DNA of 64,000 nucleotides from an uncultured Pelagibacteraceae bacterium (GCA_902524795.1 CABZEU010000004.1:7380-71379); one strand, 5' to 3'. Positions 11,726 to 25,200 are shown, counted from the stretch's first letter. Translations and numbers: made by a program. The notes: generated by a model from the sequence alone, not told the origin.

Positions 11726-12258
11726 TATTTTTTCTTACCTTCTTTTCGATTAATATACTCGTCTACATACTTAATTCCCTTACCTTTATAAGGCTCAGGT
11801 CCTCTAAATGATCTGATTTCTGCAGCTGTTTGTCCTACTAATTGTTTATTAGGACCCTTTATTTCAATATTGTTCTGCTTATCAACAGATACCGAGATAT
11901 ACTCTGGAATGTCATAATTAATTGGATGACTAAAACCGAGCATTAATTCGAGTACTTTGCCTTTAAGAGTAGCTCTATACCCAACACCATTCATTTCTAA
12001 TTTTTTTGAAAATCCTTCACTTACGCCAATTATAATGTTGTTTACAATATTTCTCTGCAACCCCCAGAATGGCAAAAGAGATTTGTTTTCACTCTTGGGC
12101 TTCATTTTGATAATATTTTCCTCAATATTAATTTCAATATCTTCATTTAGAGGAGATACAAGTTTCCCCATTGGACCCTCAGCCATGAAAATACCATCCT
12201 GCACATTTACTTTAACAGTATCGGGTATCGTTATTTCTTTTGAACCAACTCTTGACAT
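11725..12258 (-). CDS. rplF: 50S ribosomal protein L6
   Basis: MSRVG, LGFSHP, PEPYKGKGIKY. Confidence 0.97.
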   Translation of the reverse strand: MSRVGSKEITIPDTVKVNVQDGIFMAEGPMGKLVSPLNEDIEINIEENIIKMKPKSENKSLLPFWGLQRNIVNNIIIGVSEGFSKKLEMNGVGYRATLKGKVLELMLGFSHPINYDIPEYISVSVDKQNNIEIKGPNKQLVGQTAAEIRSFRGPEPYKGKGIKYVDEYINRKEGKKK

Positions 12259-12260
12259 AA

Positions 12261-12659
12261 TTAAAAGACCTTACAGATTATTTCACCACCAACTTTTTGC
12301 GCTCGCGCATCAGTATCGGTCATGACACCTTTTGATGTAGAGATGATAGATATACCCAGACCATTATGAACATAAGGTATTCTCTCAGCCCCGGAATAAA
12401 CCCTTCTTCCCGGCTTAGAAATTCTTGTAATATCTGATATTACAGGACCTCTATCATCATACTTCAATTCTATATCTAATTCTTCTTTTCCTGATGTATG
12501 TTTAGTGCGAGCATAACCTCTTATGTACCCCTCATTTTTCAAAACTTCTAATATACTTTCTCTCATCTTAGAAACAGGAGAAGAAACAATTGGCTTATTG
12601 CGCATTTGTGCATTTCTTATTCTGCTAAATAAATCTGATAATGGATCTTGTAATGACAT
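12261..12659 (-). CDS. rpsH: 30S ribosomal protein S8
   Basis: [32 protein letters not shown]. Confidence 0.97.
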   Translation of the reverse strand: MSLQDPLSDLFSRIRNAQMRNKPIVSSPVSKMRESILEVLKNEGYIRGYARTKHTSGKEELDIELKYDDRGPVISDITRISKPGRRVYSGAERIPYVHNGLGISIISTSKGVMTDTDARAQKVGGEIICKVF

Positions 12660-12671
12660 ATATTTTCCTTT

Positions 12672-12977
12672 CTACCAACTTGATTTATTCATTCCTGGTA
12701 TTTGACCCTTTGAAGCTAATTCTCTGAGAGCTATACGAGATAGTCTTACTCTTTTATGATAACCTCTAGGCCTTCCAGTCAATTCACATCTATTTCTAAC
12801 CCTTGTTCTCGCTCCATTCCTTCGAAGTTTGGACAACTTTAATTGGGCCTGAAATCTTTCATCAATCGGAGTAGATTTATTCATAATAAGTTCTTTTAAT
12901 TGAGATCTCTTATTTAAATCCTTTTCCGACATTTGAATTCTGCGTTTATTTTTTTCTATAGAGCTTTTTTTTGCCAT
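12672..12977 (-). CDS. rpsN: 30S ribosomal protein S14 (long, zinc-independent form)
   Basis: 101 aa, RNRCELTGRPRG, IPGMNKSSW. Confidence 0.96.
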   Translation of the reverse strand: MAKKSSIEKNKRRIQMSEKDLNKRSQLKELIMNKSTPIDERFQAQLKLSKLRRNGARTRVRNRCELTGRPRGYHKRVRLSRIALRELASKGQIPGMNKSSW

Positions 12978-12985
12978 ATCTTTAC

Positions 12986-13537
12986 CTAATCTATTATTGG
13001 AAAATTTAAAAATTTCAAAAGAAGTAATGCCTCATCATCATTCTTTGCCGTTGTACAAATTGCAATATCCAAGCCACGAGTTTTGTCAATTTTATCTATA
13101 TTAATTTCAGGGAATATTGTGCATTCCTTAATGCCAAAAGAATAATTGCCTTGACCATCAAAGCTATTTTTATTTAAGCCTCTAAAATCTCTGATTCTTG
13201 GCAAAGCAATAGTCACAAGTCTGTCAATAAATTCGTACATTCTATGACCTCTGAGAGTAACCTTTACTCCCAGCGGCATTCCATCTCTAATTTTAAATGT
13301 AGCAATGGATTTTCTTGCTTTTGTAACCAATGGCAACTGTCCAGAAATAACTGCAAGTTGGTCAGATGCTGATTGTATTACTTTATTATCATTCACAGCA
13401 TCCCCTAATCCCATATTCAAAGATACTTTAGACAATTTTGGCAATGAAAGAGTGTTTTGCCTAGATAGCTTTTCTTTTAACTTTGGTACTATTGTTTCGG
13501 TATAGAGCTCTTTAAGTCTTGGAGTATAATTATCCAT
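12986..13537 (-). CDS. rplE: 50S ribosomal protein L5
   Basis: [31 protein letters not shown]; ATG at 13537 preferred. Confidence 0.97.
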   Translation of the reverse strand: MDNYTPRLKELYTETIVPKLKEKLSRQNTLSLPKLSKVSLNMGLGDAVNDNKVIQSASDQLAVISGQLPLVTKARKSIATFKIRDGMPLGVKVTLRGHRMYEFIDRLVTIALPRIRDFRGLNKNSFDGQGNYSFGIKECTIFPEINIDKIDKTRGLDIAICTTAKNDDEALLLLKFLNFPIID

Positions 13538-13841
13538 CAATTTGCTCTCCTGTTTTAACATTTATTCTTACCTTTTTATTATCTTTCAAAAAAGAATAGC
13601 CCACCCGTGTTCCTTTTTTTGTTTTCTTATCAAGCAGCATTATGTTTGACAGAGTTATTGGCATTTCTTTATTGATAATGCCTCCTTCATTTTTTTGGTC
13701 TTGCTTCTGGTGTTTTTTTGACATGTTTACACCCTTTACGACAGCTTTGTCGCCTAATATCATAATGACTTCACCTTCTTTTCCTTTATCTTTTCCTGTA
13801 TTTACAGTTACTTGGTCCCCTTTTTTTATTCTCATAGACAT
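13530..13841 (-). CDS. rplX: 50S ribosomal protein L24
   Basis: KOW motif [19 protein letters not shown]; ATG at 13841 overlaps the rplN stop. Confidence 0.96.
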   Translation of the reverse strand: MSMRIKKGDQVTVNTGKDKGKEGEVIMILGDKAVVKGVNMSKKHQKQDQKNEGGIINKEMPITLSNIMLLDKKTKKGTRVGYSFLKDNKKVRINVKTGEQIDG

Positions 13842-14209
13842 TATAAAACCTCCGGAGCAAGTGAAATAATTTTCATTTGTTTCTTCATTCTTAGTTCTCT
13901 GCAAACTGGGCCAAATATTCTTGTACCCACTGGTTCGCCCTGAGTATTAATAAGAACCGCTGCATTTGAGTCAAATTTTATTGTACTGCCATCAACTCTC
14001 TTTAATTCTTTTCTTGTCCTTACTATCACAGCTTTATGGACTGTACCTTTTTTTACTTTTCCTTTGGGAATAGCATCTTTTACTGTTACCACTATTATAT
14101 CACCAACTGATGCAAATCTTCTTTTAGATCCACCTAATACTTTTATACAAAGAACTTCTTTTGCCCCTGAATTATCTGCTACACTTAGTCTTGATTCAAC
14201 CTGTATCAT
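13841..14209 (-). CDS. rplN: 50S ribosomal protein L14
   Basis: [24 protein letters not shown]. Confidence 0.98.
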   Translation of the reverse strand: MIQVESRLSVADNSGAKEVLCIKVLGGSKRRFASVGDIIVVTVKDAIPKGKVKKGTVHKAVIVRTRKELKRVDGSTIKFDSNAAVLINTQGEPVGTRIFGPVCRELRMKKQMKIISLAPEVL

Positions 14210-14437
14210 CTAACTTACAGCTACCCATCTTTTAAGTTTTGAAATTGGTTTTGACTCCATTATCTTTACCTTATCACCAGTATTAAATTGATTTTCAGGA
14301 TCGTGTGCACTGTACTTTTTTGAGCGCCTAATAACTTTCTTTAAAAAAGGATGCTTAAACTTTCTTTCAACTAGCACTGTGATTGTCTTATCTTGTTTAT
14401 TGCTGATTACTGTACCCTGAAGTATTTTTTTTGGCAT
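14210..14437 (-). CDS. rpsQ: 30S ribosomal protein S17
   Basis: [24 protein letters not shown]. Confidence 0.97.
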   Translation of the reverse strand: MPKKILQGTVISNKQDKTITVLVERKFKHPFLKKVIRRSKKYSAHDPENQFNTGDKVKIMESKPISKLKRWVAVS

Positions 14438-14438
14438 A

Positions 14439-14630
14439 TTAATTTCCTAATTTTTCATTCATTATTGTTTTTATTCTTGCTATTAGCTTTCTAACTTTAT
14501 ATATACGAGAGGTATTTTCCAACTGACCAGAGCTTTTTTGGAATCTTAAGTTAAAGGACTCCTTATATAGGTTGCTCAACTCTGTTTTAAGCTGATCATT
14601 TGTTTTTTTTCTTATTTCTTCTATTTTCAT
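14439..14630 (-). CDS. rpmC: 50S ribosomal protein L29
   Basis: [12 protein letters not shown]...IARIKT. Confidence 0.96.
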   Translation of the reverse strand: MKIEEIRKKTNDQLKTELSNLYKESFNLRFQKSSGQLENTSRIYKVRKLIARIKTIMNEKLGN

Positions 14631-14639
14631 CTTTTTCCT

Positions 14640-15053
14640 TTATTTTATCAGTTGTCCAACTACTTTGGTCTTAATCGGTAGCTTTGAGGAAGCTCTTCCA
14701 AAAGCTTCTTTTGCTATCGATTGTGATACACCGTCAACTTCAAATAAAATCTTTCCTGGCTTCACCCGACATGCCCAAAATTCTGGCGAACCTTTTCCTT
14801 TACCCATTCTTACTTCTGTTGGCTTTTTTGATACCGGAACATCTGGAAATATTCGAACCCAAACACGTCCCGCTCTTTTCATAAACCTTGTCATTGCAAC
14901 CCTTGCTGCTTCTATTTGTCTGGCTGTAATCCTCTCAGCTTCTAAGGCCTTTAGCCCATAAGTTCCGTAGTTCAGACTTGTAGCAGATGTTGCAACGCCT
15001 TTAATCCTACCTTTGTGAGCTTTTCTGAATTTTGTTTTTTTTGGCTGTAACAT
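14640..15053 (-). CDS. rplP: 50S ribosomal protein L16
   Basis: [22 protein letters not shown]. Confidence 0.98.
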   Translation of the reverse strand: MLQPKKTKFRKAHKGRIKGVATSATSLNYGTYGLKALEAERITARQIEAARVAMTRFMKRAGRVWVRIFPDVPVSKKPTEVRMGKGKGSPEFWACRVKPGKILFEVDGVSQSIAKEAFGRASSKLPIKTKVVGQLIK

Positions 15054-15056
15054 AAT

Positions 15057-15728
15057 TTATCCTAATTTATTTGGATTATTTTCCATTTCGTGAGGAGCAT
15101 TATCGTCTATGTCTCCTTTATAAATCCATACTTTGATGCCGCATGCGCCATATGTAGTTTGCGCAGTTGCTATTGCATAATCAACATTTGCTCTAAATGT
15201 GTGCAGTGGAACTCTTCCCTCCCTATACCACTCTGTTCTAGCGATTTCAGTTCCGCCAAGACGACCTCCACAATTTACTCTTATACCATCAGCTCCTAGT
15301 CTCATTGCAGATTGAACAGATCTTTTCATTGCTCTTCTAAATGAAACCCTTCTCTCAAGTTGTTCTGCAATTGCATCAGCTATTAGTTGAGCTTCAACCT
15401 CTGGCTTTCTGATCTCAACCAAATTTATTGAAACATCGTCAGATGTAAATTCTGAAATTTTCTTTTTTAGCTTTTCTATATCGCTACCCTTTTTACCAAT
15501 AATTAATCCTGGTCGAGCTGAATAAATAGTTACTTGAGCCTTCTTTGCTGGTCTTTCAATCTGTATTTTAGCTACGGCACATTTTTTCAGTTTTTTTTCA
15601 AGATAAGATCTGATTTTAAGATCTTCCTGCAAAAATGAACCAAATTCTTTCTTGTTGGCATACCATTTGGATTGCCATTTTTTATTAAGAATTAATCTAA
15701 GTCCAATAGGATTTACTTTCTGTCCCAT
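15057..15728 (-). CDS. rpsC: 30S ribosomal protein S3
   Basis: [14 protein letters not shown] motif [17 protein letters not shown]. Confidence 0.98.
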   Translation of the reverse strand: MGQKVNPIGLRLILNKKWQSKWYANKKEFGSFLQEDLKIRSYLEKKLKKCAVAKIQIERPAKKAQVTIYSARPGLIIGKKGSDIEKLKKKISEFTSDDVSINLVEIRKPEVEAQLIADAIAEQLERRVSFRRAMKRSVQSAMRLGADGIRVNCGGRLGGTEIARTEWYREGRVPLHTFRANVDYAIATAQTTYGACGIKVWIYKGDIDDNAPHEMENNPNKLG

Positions 15729-15731
15729 ATT

Positions 15732-16115
15732 CTATGCTTCTTTCTCCAATTTCTTATTTTGCACTTCTGCAACTTTAATCGTAACATTAGTTAGATGCTT
15801 ATTTATTCTTCCTGGCCTACCTTTTGCTCTTGGTCTCCATCGCTTCATGACCATACTCTTTCCACAATAAGCTTCTGTTACCTGTAAAATGTCTATATCT
15901 AGTTGATGATTGTTTTCAGCATTCGCTATCGCACTATTTAGTATCTTACTAATATCTTTAGCAATACCTCTTGAAGAAAATTTTAGAAGGTTAATTGCCT
16001 CAGAAGCCTTCTTTCCTCTAATCATTTCAAGAACAATATTAGCTTTTGAGGGACTAACCCTCAAATTTCTTAAAATAGCATAAGCTTCATTATCTTTTCT
16101 TATTAAGTGTTTCAT
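15732..16115 (-). CDS. rplV: 50S ribosomal protein L22
   Basis: SAIANAENNH, RPRAKGR. Confidence 0.96.
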   Translation of the reverse strand: MKHLIRKDNEAYAILRNLRVSPSKANIVLEMIRGKKASEAINLLKFSSRGIAKDISKILNSAIANAENNHQLDIDILQVTEAYCGKSMVMKRWRPRAKGRPGRINKHLTNVTIKVAEVQNKKLEKEA

Positions 16116-16117
16116 AA

Positions 16118-16390
16118 TTATTTAGTTTTTTTATCTCCAGTATGACTATTAAAAGTTCTTGTTGGTGAAAACTCTCCTAGTTTATGGCCTACCATATCCT
16201 CAGTAACGTTGACTGGAATAAACCTTTTACCATTATGCACAGCAAAGTTAACTCCTACAAACTCAGGCAATATAGTAGATCTTCTTGACCATGTTTTAAT
16301 AACACCTCCTTTGCCACCATCTCCTGCTGCCTTAACTTTCTTTAATAGATGACTATCAACAAATGGTCCTTTCCAAACAGATCTCGTCAT
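16118..16390 (-). CDS. rpsS: 30S ribosomal protein S19
   Basis: [31 protein letters not shown]. Confidence 0.98.
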   Translation of the reverse strand: MTRSVWKGPFVDSHLLKKVKAAGDGGKGGVIKTWSRRSTILPEFVGVNFAVHNGKRFIPVNVTEDMVGHKLGEFSPTRTFNSHTGDKKTK

Positions 16391-17233
16391 TTAAACCTCT
16401 ATCCTTGCTTTTTTGTCAGTTTTTCTCTTGATAATATATTTATCTGTTCTTTTATTATTTCTTGTCTTTTTTCCCTTAGTAGGTTTTCCCCATGGAGTGA
16501 CAGGATCTCGACCACCTGATGTTTTGCCTTCTCCCCCACCATGAGGGTGATCAATTGGATTCATAGCTACACCTCTTACAGATGGTCTAACACCTAGCCA
16601 TCTTTTTCTTCCAGCTTTCCCTAATTTTTGGTTTTTCTTATCAATATTTGACAGAATACCGATTGTAGCTCTGCATTCTTCTCTTACTTTTCTTTGCTCG
16701 CCAGAGGGCAACTTAATAGCTACGTATCCATCAGACTTACCAACAATCTGAGTTGAGGAACCGGCAGATCTGGCTAATTGTGCGCCGCTTCCAATTTTTA
16801 ACTCAATGTTATGTATATCTATTCCAACCGGGATATCAGACATGGGCATACAATTGCCAATTCTAATTTCTTTTTTTTCACCTGATATTACTTGGTCACC
16901 AGCTTTTAAGTCCTTTGGCGCAAGGATATAACTTTTAGTTCCGTCAGTATATGTAATTAATGCAATGTAAGAAGATCTATTTGGATCATATTCAATTCTA
17001 TCAACAGTTGCACTTTCAGTATTATTTCTTTTAAAATCAATAATCCTATATTTTGCTTTATGACCACCGCCTTTTCGTCTCATTGTAATTCTGCCTGTAT
17101 TATTTCTTCCACCTTTTTTTGAAAGTCCAGCTGTTAGAGACTTCACTGGTTTACCAGTCCATAAACCTTTTTTATCAACAAGTGTTAGTCCACGTGTTCC
17201 GGGAGTATTTGGTCTGAATTTTCTTAAAGGCAT
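16391..17233 (-). CDS. rplB: 50S ribosomal protein L2
   Basis: [26 protein letters not shown]. Confidence 0.98.
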   Translation of the reverse strand: MPLRKFRPNTPGTRGLTLVDKKGLWTGKPVKSLTAGLSKKGGRNNTGRITMRRKGGGHKAKYRIIDFKRNNTESATVDRIEYDPNRSSYIALITYTDGTKSYILAPKDLKAGDQVISGEKKEIRIGNCMPMSDIPVGIDIHNIELKIGSGAQLARSAGSSTQIVGKSDGYVAIKLPSGEQRKVREECRATIGILSNIDKKNQKLGKAGRKRWLGVRPSVRGVAMNPIDHPHGGGEGKTSGGRDPVTPWGKPTKGKKTRNNKRTDKYIIKRKTDKKARIEV

Positions 17234-17239
17234 TTTTTA

Positions 17240-17533
17240 TTATACTCCCACGTTAATATCAATTGTTTGGCCTTCTTCTAGAGTTACAAAAGCTTTTTTG
17301 TAATCAGATCTTTTTCCAAGTGAGCCCCTAAATGCTTTTAACTTACCTTTTACAATTGAAGTATTCACTTTTTTAACTTTTACTTTGAATATATTTTCTA
17401 TTGCAGTTTTTATTTCTTTCTTATTACTAGTTTTATTAACCTGAAACGTAACTTGATTAAATTCTGCACCTAAAGAAGACTTCTCAGTGATAATAGGCTT
17501 AATAATGGTTTTAAAATCTTTAATGCTAGGCAT
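17240..17533 (-). CDS. rplW: 50S ribosomal protein L23
   Basis: PIITEKS, KKAFVTL. Confidence 0.96.
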   Translation of the reverse strand: MPSIKDFKTIIKPIITEKSSLGAEFNQVTFQVNKTSNKKEIKTAIENIFKVKVKKVNTSIVKGKLKAFRGSLGKRSDYKKAFVTLEEGQTIDINVGV

Positions 17534-17534
17534 T

Positions 17535-18155
17535 TTATTTATAATTCTTTTCTAGTTGAGCTAATGCATCTTTACTTATAATCAATTTCTGATGCCTCAA
17601 AAGGTCAAGAGCATTCACTGATTTAACACTTAAATACTTAATGTCTTTTAAATTTCTCGCTGCAAGAGATAAATTTTGGTTAGGTGTTTCACCTTCTAAA
17701 AACAATGCAGAGTTAATTTTTTGTTTGTCTAAATAACTCTTTAAGATCTTAGTTTTTGGCTCAGCGATCTTAAGTTTGTCTATTAATATTAGATCATTAC
17801 ATTTTACTTTTTCAGATAATATATGTTTAACGGCCAAGTTTCTTAAGCGTTTTGGTAGTTTTTTTAACGACCTTACTCCTCTAAGGTTGTGAGCCATACC
17901 ACCACTTCTGAAAATATTTGCTTTCTTAGAGCCATGTCTTGCACCACCACTACCTTTTTGCCTACCTAATTTCTGTGTTGTACCTGCAACCTCTGAACGA
18001 TTTTTGGTTCTCGCTCGTTGGGGTTTTTTATTAGACTCATTCCATCTTACAAGAGAACTTATAACTGAAAAATCAGGCTTTAAATTAAAGATAGTATCAT
18101 TGAGCTCCATGGACTCTGTGCTCTTACCATTCATTTTATTTAGTTCTACATGCAT
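17535..18155 (-). CDS. rplD: 50S ribosomal protein L4
   Basis: TKNRSEV, RQKGSGGARHG; position between rplC and rplW. Confidence 0.94.
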   Translation of the reverse strand: MHVELNKMNGKSTESMELNDTIFNLKPDFSVISSLVRWNESNKKPQRARTKNRSEVAGTTQKLGRQKGSGGARHGSKKANIFRSGGMAHNLRGVRSLKKLPKRLRNLAVKHILSEKVKCNDLILIDKLKIAEPKTKILKSYLDKQKINSALFLEGETPNQNLSLAARNLKDIKYLSVKSVNALDLLRHQKLIISKDALAQLEKNYK

Positions 18156-18157
18156 TC

Positions 18158-18847
18158 CTATTTATCCTTTTTAGTCGATTTTTCTGCTTGTACAGAAGTA
18201 CCTTCAACTTCTTTAATGTCATTTCTCTTAATAGAGTCTTCAACCACTAGCCAGGTACCTCGAGCACCAGGTGTCGCTCCCTTTATGCAAATAATATTTT
18301 TTGCTGCATCAATTTTTACTACTTGTAAGTTTTGAAGTGTTTTATGAACATCACCATACTGACCTGCCATTTTTTTTCCTTTAAAGACCTTACCTGGATC
18401 CTGGCACTGTCCTGTTGATCCAGCACTTCTATGAGATACAGAAACTCCATGAGATGCTCTCAAGCCTGAAAAATTATGCCTTTTCATCACTCCAGCAAAT
18501 CCTTTACCCTTTGTTAAACCAGACACATCGATAAATTGGCCTTCCTGGAAATGACTCGCATTCAATTGGTCGCCAGACTTTAATTCAGTGTCTTTATCTA
18601 TTGAAAATTCTCTGAGGTACTTAAAGGCGTCACTCTTTTTCTTTTCAAAAAATCCCTTCTGAGCCTTATTTGCCTTTTTTAATTTACATGCTCCTACTAA
18701 AACTTTGTCAGCATTTGTATCCGTAGACTCAACTCTTTCAACTATCTGACATTGATCAATATGCAAGACAGTCACTGGAATATTCGTACCACTTTGTGTA
18801 TACAAGTTACTCATTCCTATTTTTTTTGCGATAATTCCTGTTCTCAT
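18158..18847 (-). CDS. rplC: 50S ribosomal protein L3
   Basis: KGKGFAGVMKRHNF, PGKVFKGKKMAG. Confidence 0.97.
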   Translation of the reverse strand: MRTGIIAKKIGMSNLYTQSGTNIPVTVLHIDQCQIVERVESTDTNADKVLVGACKLKKANKAQKGFFEKKKSDAFKYLREFSIDKDTELKSGDQLNASHFQEGQFIDVSGLTKGKGFAGVMKRHNFSGLRASHGVSVSHRSAGSTGQCQDPGKVFKGKKMAGQYGDVHKTLQNLQVVKIDAAKNIICIKGATPGARGTWLVVEDSIKRNDIKEVEGTSVQAEKSTKKDK

Positions 18848-18849
18848 AT

Positions 18850-19158
18850 CTATAACTTAATTTCTACATCAACTCCCGATGCTAGATCTAATTTCATAAG
18901 TGCATCTACTGTTTGAGGGGTTGGATCTACGATCTCAATTAAACGCTTATGCGTTCTTATCTCAAATTGTTCTCTGCTCTTTTTATTTACGTGAGGTGAC
19001 CTTAAAACAGTAAATTTTTCATTATTGGTAGGAAGTGGAATTGGACCCTTAACCATTGCACCAGTGCGTTTTGCTGTATCCACTATTTCAACAGATGACT
19101 TATCCAGAACCCCATGGTCAAAAGCTTTAAGTCTAATTTTAATATTTTGATTTTCCAT
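18850..19158 (-). CDS. rpsJ: 30S ribosomal protein S10
   Basis: [28 protein letters not shown]. Confidence 0.98.
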   Translation of the reverse strand: MENQNIKIRLKAFDHGVLDKSSVEIVDTAKRTGAMVKGPIPLPTNNEKFTVLRSPHVNKKSREQFEIRTHKRLIEIVDPTPQTVDALMKLDLASGVDVEIKL

Positions 19159-19166
19159 TACTCTGA

Positions 19167-21242
19167 TTAAGCGAATTTCGCTTTTACCTCATCTTGTACA
19201 TTTTGTGGAACCTGCTCATAATGATCAAAAAACATAGAATATTGAGCTCTTCCCTGTGTCATAGATCGCAGAGTGTTTACATAGCCAAACATATTAGCCA
19301 GAGGAACCATCGAACTAATAGCAGTTGTATTACCTCTTGCTTCACTTCCACTTACTTGACCCCTTCGACTACTTAAATCCCCTATTACATCTCCCATAAA
19401 TTCTTCAGGCGTAACAACTTCAACTCTCATTATTGGTTCCAATAACTTTGGATTAGCTTTTTGACAGGCATCCTTAAACGCCATTCGCCCAGCTATTTCA
19501 AATGCAAGACTGCTTGAGTCTACATCATGGTATTTCCCATCTATAAGAGTCACCTTATAATCAATTATTGGAAAACCGGCTATGACTCCAGTATCGGCTA
19601 CTCCTTCTATTCCTTTCTCTACACCTGGAATGTATTCCTTAGGAATATTTCCACCTTTAATTTTATCTTCAAATATTCTTCCAGTTCCTGGCTCGCAACC
19701 CTCGACAATTATCTTAACCTCTGCAAATTGCCCTGCACCACCACTTTGCTTTTTGTGTGTATATGTTACTTCCATATTTTTAGAAATGGTTTCTCTATAA
19801 GCAACTTGAGGAGCTCCTACATTGGCCTCTACATTGAACTCTCTCTTCATCCTATCGACAATAATGTCTAAGTGAAGTTCTCCCATTCCTTTTATTACTG
19901 TTTGTCCAGATTCTTCATCTGAGGTAACCCTGAATGATGGATCTTCTTTTGCTAATCTTGCCAGTGCTTCTCCCATTTTTTCCTGATCAGCTTTTGTCTT
20001 TGGCTCAACAGCAATCTCAATAACTGGATCCGGAAAATCCATGGATTCTAGGATAATTGGTTTTTGGGCATCTGATAAAGTTTCACCAGTTATCGTATCT
20101 TTTAAACCAGCAATCGCAACAATATCACCTGCGTACGCAATTTTTATGTCTTCTCTATTGTTAGCGTGCATCAAAAGCATACGGCCAATTCTTTCTTTAT
20201 CTCCTTTAACAGAATTTAAAATTGTTGAACCAGCCTCTAATTTACCAGAATATATTCGAGTAAATGTAAGAGAACCTACGAAGGGATCGTTGGCTACCTT
20301 GAATGCTAATGCAGAGAAAGGTTCATTGTCCGATGCTATTCTTACTTCCTCTTCTTCTTTTCCTGGAATATTACCAGTTGCCTGCTGAACCTCACTTGGA
20401 TCAGGCATGAAATTCACAATTGCGTCTAACAAAGGCTGGACACCTTTATTTTTGAAAGCACTTCCGGTTAAAATTGGAACAAATTCAAAATTAATTGTTC
20501 CTTTTCTGATACACCTGATTAGCGTTTCTTCATCTGGTTCATCTCCATCTAAATATTTTTCAAGGACTTCTTCATCTTGTTCGACGGCCATTTCGACCAT
20601 TTCAGATCGATATTTTTCAACGGTATCTCTCAATTCCTCAGGGATATCTGTGTATTCATACTTAGCTCCAAGGTCCTCATTTGCCCACACAATTGCCTTG
20701 TTCTTAACTAAATCAATCACACCTTTTAAATTTGATTCACTTCCATAAGGTATTTGTAAAACTAATGCATTTGCCTGAAGTCGATCTTTGATCATGTCCA
20801 AACACTTGTAAAAGTCAGCGCCGGTGCGATCCATTTTATTAACGAAACACATTCTTGGTACATTGTATCTATTTGCTTGTCTCCAAACAGTTTCAGTTTG
20901 TGGCTCCACACCAGCAACGCCATCAAACACTGCAACTGCCCCATCGAGTACTCTTAAAGAACGCTCAACTTCGATTGTAAAATCAACGTGTCCAGGAGTG
21001 TCAATAATATTAATCCTATGGTCATTCCAAAAACAAGTAGTTGCGGCGGATGTAATAGTAATACCACGCTCTTGTTCCTGCTCCATCCAGTCCATTGTGG
21101 CTGCACCGTCGTGCACTTCTCCAATCTTATGACTTTTTCCTGTGTAATAGAGTATTCGCTCAGTAGTAGTTGTCTTTCCAGCATCTATGTGAGCCATGAT
21201 GCCAATATTTCTATACTTGTTTAATGGATACTCCCTTATCAT
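19167..21242 (-). CDS. fusA: Elongation factor G
   Basis: [34 protein letters not shown]; ATG at 21242 preferred. Confidence 0.98.
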   Translation of the reverse strand: MIREYPLNKYRNIGIMAHIDAGKTTTTERILYYTGKSHKIGEVHDGAATMDWMEQEQERGITITSAATTCFWNDHRINIIDTPGHVDFTIEVERSLRVLDGAVAVFDGVAGVEPQTETVWRQANRYNVPRMCFVNKMDRTGADFYKCLDMIKDRLQANALVLQIPYGSESNLKGVIDLVKNKAIVWANEDLGAKYEYTDIPEELRDTVEKYRSEMVEMAVEQDEEVLEKYLDGDEPDEETLIRCIRKGTINFEFVPILTGSAFKNKGVQPLLDAIVNFMPDPSEVQQATGNIPGKEEEEVRIASDNEPFSALAFKVANDPFVGSLTFTRIYSGKLEAGSTILNSVKGDKERIGRMLLMHANNREDIKIAYAGDIVAIAGLKDTITGETLSDAQKPIILESMDFPDPVIEIAVEPKTKADQEKMGEALARLAKEDPSFRVTSDEESGQTVIKGMGELHLDIIVDRMKREFNVEANVGAPQVAYRETISKNMEVTYTHKKQSGGAGQFAEVKIIVEGCEPGTGRIFEDKIKGGNIPKEYIPGVEKGIEGVADTGVIAGFPIIDYKVTLIDGKYHDVDSSSLAFEIAGRMAFKDACQKANPKLLEPIMRVEVVTPEEFMGDVIGDLSSRRGQVSGSEARGNTTAISSMVPLANMFGYVNTLRSMTQGRAQYSMFFDHYEQVPQNVQDEVKAKFA

Positions 21243-21244
21243 TG

Positions 21245-22089
<845 letters not shown>

Positions 22090-22141
22090 ACAGTATCTCC
22101 AATTAGAAACTAATAAAAAGTTAACTATTAAAAAAAAGTCT

Positions 22142-22177
22142 AAAAAAAGTAGCGTTTAGATTTCTCTACCGCCTACT
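22142..22177 (-). promoter_or_regulatory. Structured rpsL 5' leader or terminator-like hairpin
   Basis: Minus strand AGTAGGCGGTAGA-GAAA-TCTAAACGCTACT then TTTTTT: bulged stem with a GAAA loop and a U-tract. Confidence 0.5.
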
Positions 22178-22192
22178 ATTTAAGAATGCCGA

Positions 22193-22220
22193 ATAATACT
22201 TAATAGTCTGTTTTGGTCAA
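22193..22220 (-). promoter_or_regulatory. Putative sigma70 promoter of rpsL-rpsG-fusA-S10
   Basis: Minus strand TTGACC-N16-TATTAT followed by TCGGC. Confidence 0.6.
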
Positions 22221-22229
22221 CATATATTA

Positions 22230-25200
22230 TCAAGAATTTTCCTGAATTTCTGCTGTTTCCTGCTCTTTGGCGGCTTGCATTGCATCGATTTCAATTTTAG
22301 CCTCTTTATCAAGATTTTTTGCCTGATTTTCTATCTGATTAAATATTCTTCCTGTCCCAGCAGGTATTAACCTACCTACGATAACATTCTCTTTAAGACC
22401 CTCTAATCTATCCACTTTTCCTTTGATTGATGCGTCTGTCAGTATTCGCGTCGTCTCCTGGAATGAGGCGGCAGAAATAAATGACCTAGTTTGGAGAGAA
22501 GCCTTTGTTATACCTAAAAGAACTGGTTTACCTGTGGCTGGTTTCTTATTTTCCGCGGTAAGCTGTTCATTTGTAATTAAGAATTCGTATCTATCTATTT
22601 CTTCACCTTTAATAAATGAACTATCACCAGTATCAGTAATGCTAATTTTTTGAAGCATCTGTCTACATAAAACTTCAATATGCTTATCATTAATTAAAAC
22701 ACCTTGAAGTCTGTAAACTTCTTGAACCTCATTAATTAAATAATCTGCTAAAGCTTCTATACCCAAGATCTCCAAAATATCATGCGGGTCAGGGTTTCCA
22801 TCGAGTAAGTAATCACCTTTCTCAATAATTTCTCCCTCTTGATAAGCTACATGCTTACCTTTTGGAATTAGCACTTCGACAGGATCATCTTCAGTGTTCT
22901 CTGGAGTAATAATTACTTTTTGCTTTCCTCTTATATCTTTTCCAAAAGATATAATACCTGATATTTCAGATATAATTGCATGATCTTTTGGTTTTCTGGC
23001 TTCAAACAATTCAGCTACTCTAGGTAATCCGCCAGTAATATCTTTTGTTTTAGATGCGGCCTTAGGTGTTCTTGCTAAAACATCACCTGCATGGACTTCA
23101 GAACCATCAGAAACTGATAAAATAGAATCAGGTGGTAGGAAATATCTTGCTTCATTTCCATTTGCCAGAAGTATTACTTCACCTTTTTTATCTCTCAGAG
23201 TAATTCTTGGCTTAAGATCAGCGCCTTTTGAGTCTAACTTCCAGTCCTTAACTTTGGTATACGTTAATCCTGTTTTTTCTTCTGTTTCTTCTATTAGAGA
23301 AATACCTTCCTCCATATCCACATAGTTGGCGGTACCTGATTTTTCAGAAATAACAGGATTTGTAAATGGATCCCATTCGCAAATTTTAGTTCCAGAAGAG
23401 ACCTTTGAGTCTTCTTCCACAAGTATTTTTGTTCCATAAGGGACTTTATAGTTTGCAAGCTCTCTGTTATTTTCGTCATGAATAGCTAATTGACAGTTTC
23501 TTCCCATAACAATTAAATTCTTGTTACTATCTTCAACGGTATTTTTGTTTAGGATTTTGAAAATACCATTAGTATTAATCTCAATAAAAGATTGATCATT
23601 GATTTGGGCTGCCCCTCCAATATGGAATGTCCTCATGGTTAGTTGTGTTCCAGGTTCACCAATAGACTGAGCTGCAATCATTCCTACAGCCTCTCCCTCA
23701 TTAACCATAAACCCTCTAGCAAGATCTCGCCCATAGCACTTCACACATATACCTTTTTTGCTATCGCAAGTTAATGGAGAGCGAATATAAGCATTTTGTA
23801 TTCCAGCTGTTTCAATTTTCTCAGCAAGTATCTCATCAATATAATCATCTTTTTTTGCAACAATTTCATTAGTCACTGGATGAATAGTGTCCTTTTGCAA
23901 AAATCTTCCAAGTAATCTATCTGCAATTGATATTATTACTTCTCCTCCTTCAACAACATCAGATATCCATACACCACTATTAGTCCCACAGTCGTGATCT
24001 GATATGGTACAATCTTGTGCAACGTCGCATAACCTTCTAGTCAAGTATCCAGAATTAGCTGTCTTCAATGCAGTGTCAGCTAGTCCTTTCCTTGCTCCAT
24101 GAGTAGAATTAAAATATTCGAGTACATTTAACCCCTCTTTAAAATTAGATATAATAGGAGTTTCTATAATATCCCCAGATGGTTTGGCCATAAGGCCACG
24201 CATTCCAGACAACTGCTTCATTTGAGCTGCTGAACCTCTGGCCCCTGAATTTGCCATCATATATATAGAGTTAATAGGAAGTTCTCTTTTAGTTGCTTCA
24301 TCCACTTTGACTGAGGAAATTTCATTCATCATTTCTTGGGCGACTCTATCAGTGCACTTAGCCCAGGCATCAATTACTTTGTTATATTTTTCTCTATTAG
24401 TAATAAGACCATCATTATATTGCTTTTCATATTTTTCGATTTGTACTGATGTTTCTGAAACCATTTTTTCTTTTGTCTCAGGTATTATCATATCATCCTT
24501 ACCAAAAGAGATGCCGGCCTTGTACGCGTAATGAAAACCAAGTGCCATTAATTGATCAGCAAATATAACTGTATCTTTTTGTCCACAGTATCTGTAGACG
24601 GTATCAATTAAGCTCGAAACTTCTTTCTTGCCAAGAAGACGATTTACAAGCTTTGGATCAAGATCTTTATGTTGAGGTATTAAGTTCCATAAAAGCATTC
24701 TACCAGGTGTTGTACTAATTCTTTTGGCATCAATATTCCCATTAGAATTAATGTAATTAATTCTTGCTTCAATTTTCGCATGAACTGTTGTTACGCCATT
24801 TTCGATAGCTTGTTGAACTTCAAAAATATCCTTGTACACAGCTCCCTGACCAGGTTCATTTTCTTTTTCCTGAGAAAGAAAATAAATTCCTAAGACAATG
24901 TCCTGACTTGGAACAATTACTGGCTTCCCATTTGCTGGGTTTAATATATTATTTGTAGACATCATTAAAACCCTTGCTTCTAACTGTGCCTCTAAGCTAA
25001 GCGGTACATGGACAGCCATTTGATCACCATCAAAATCTGCATTAAATGCTGTACAAACTAAAGGGTGCAATTGGATTGCTTTACCCTCAATTAAGGTGGG
25101 TTCAAATGCCTGAACACCCAACCTATGAAGTGTTGGCGCTCTATTTAAAATAATTGGGTGCTCTCTTATGACTCTATCAAGCACATCCCAGACCTCTGGT

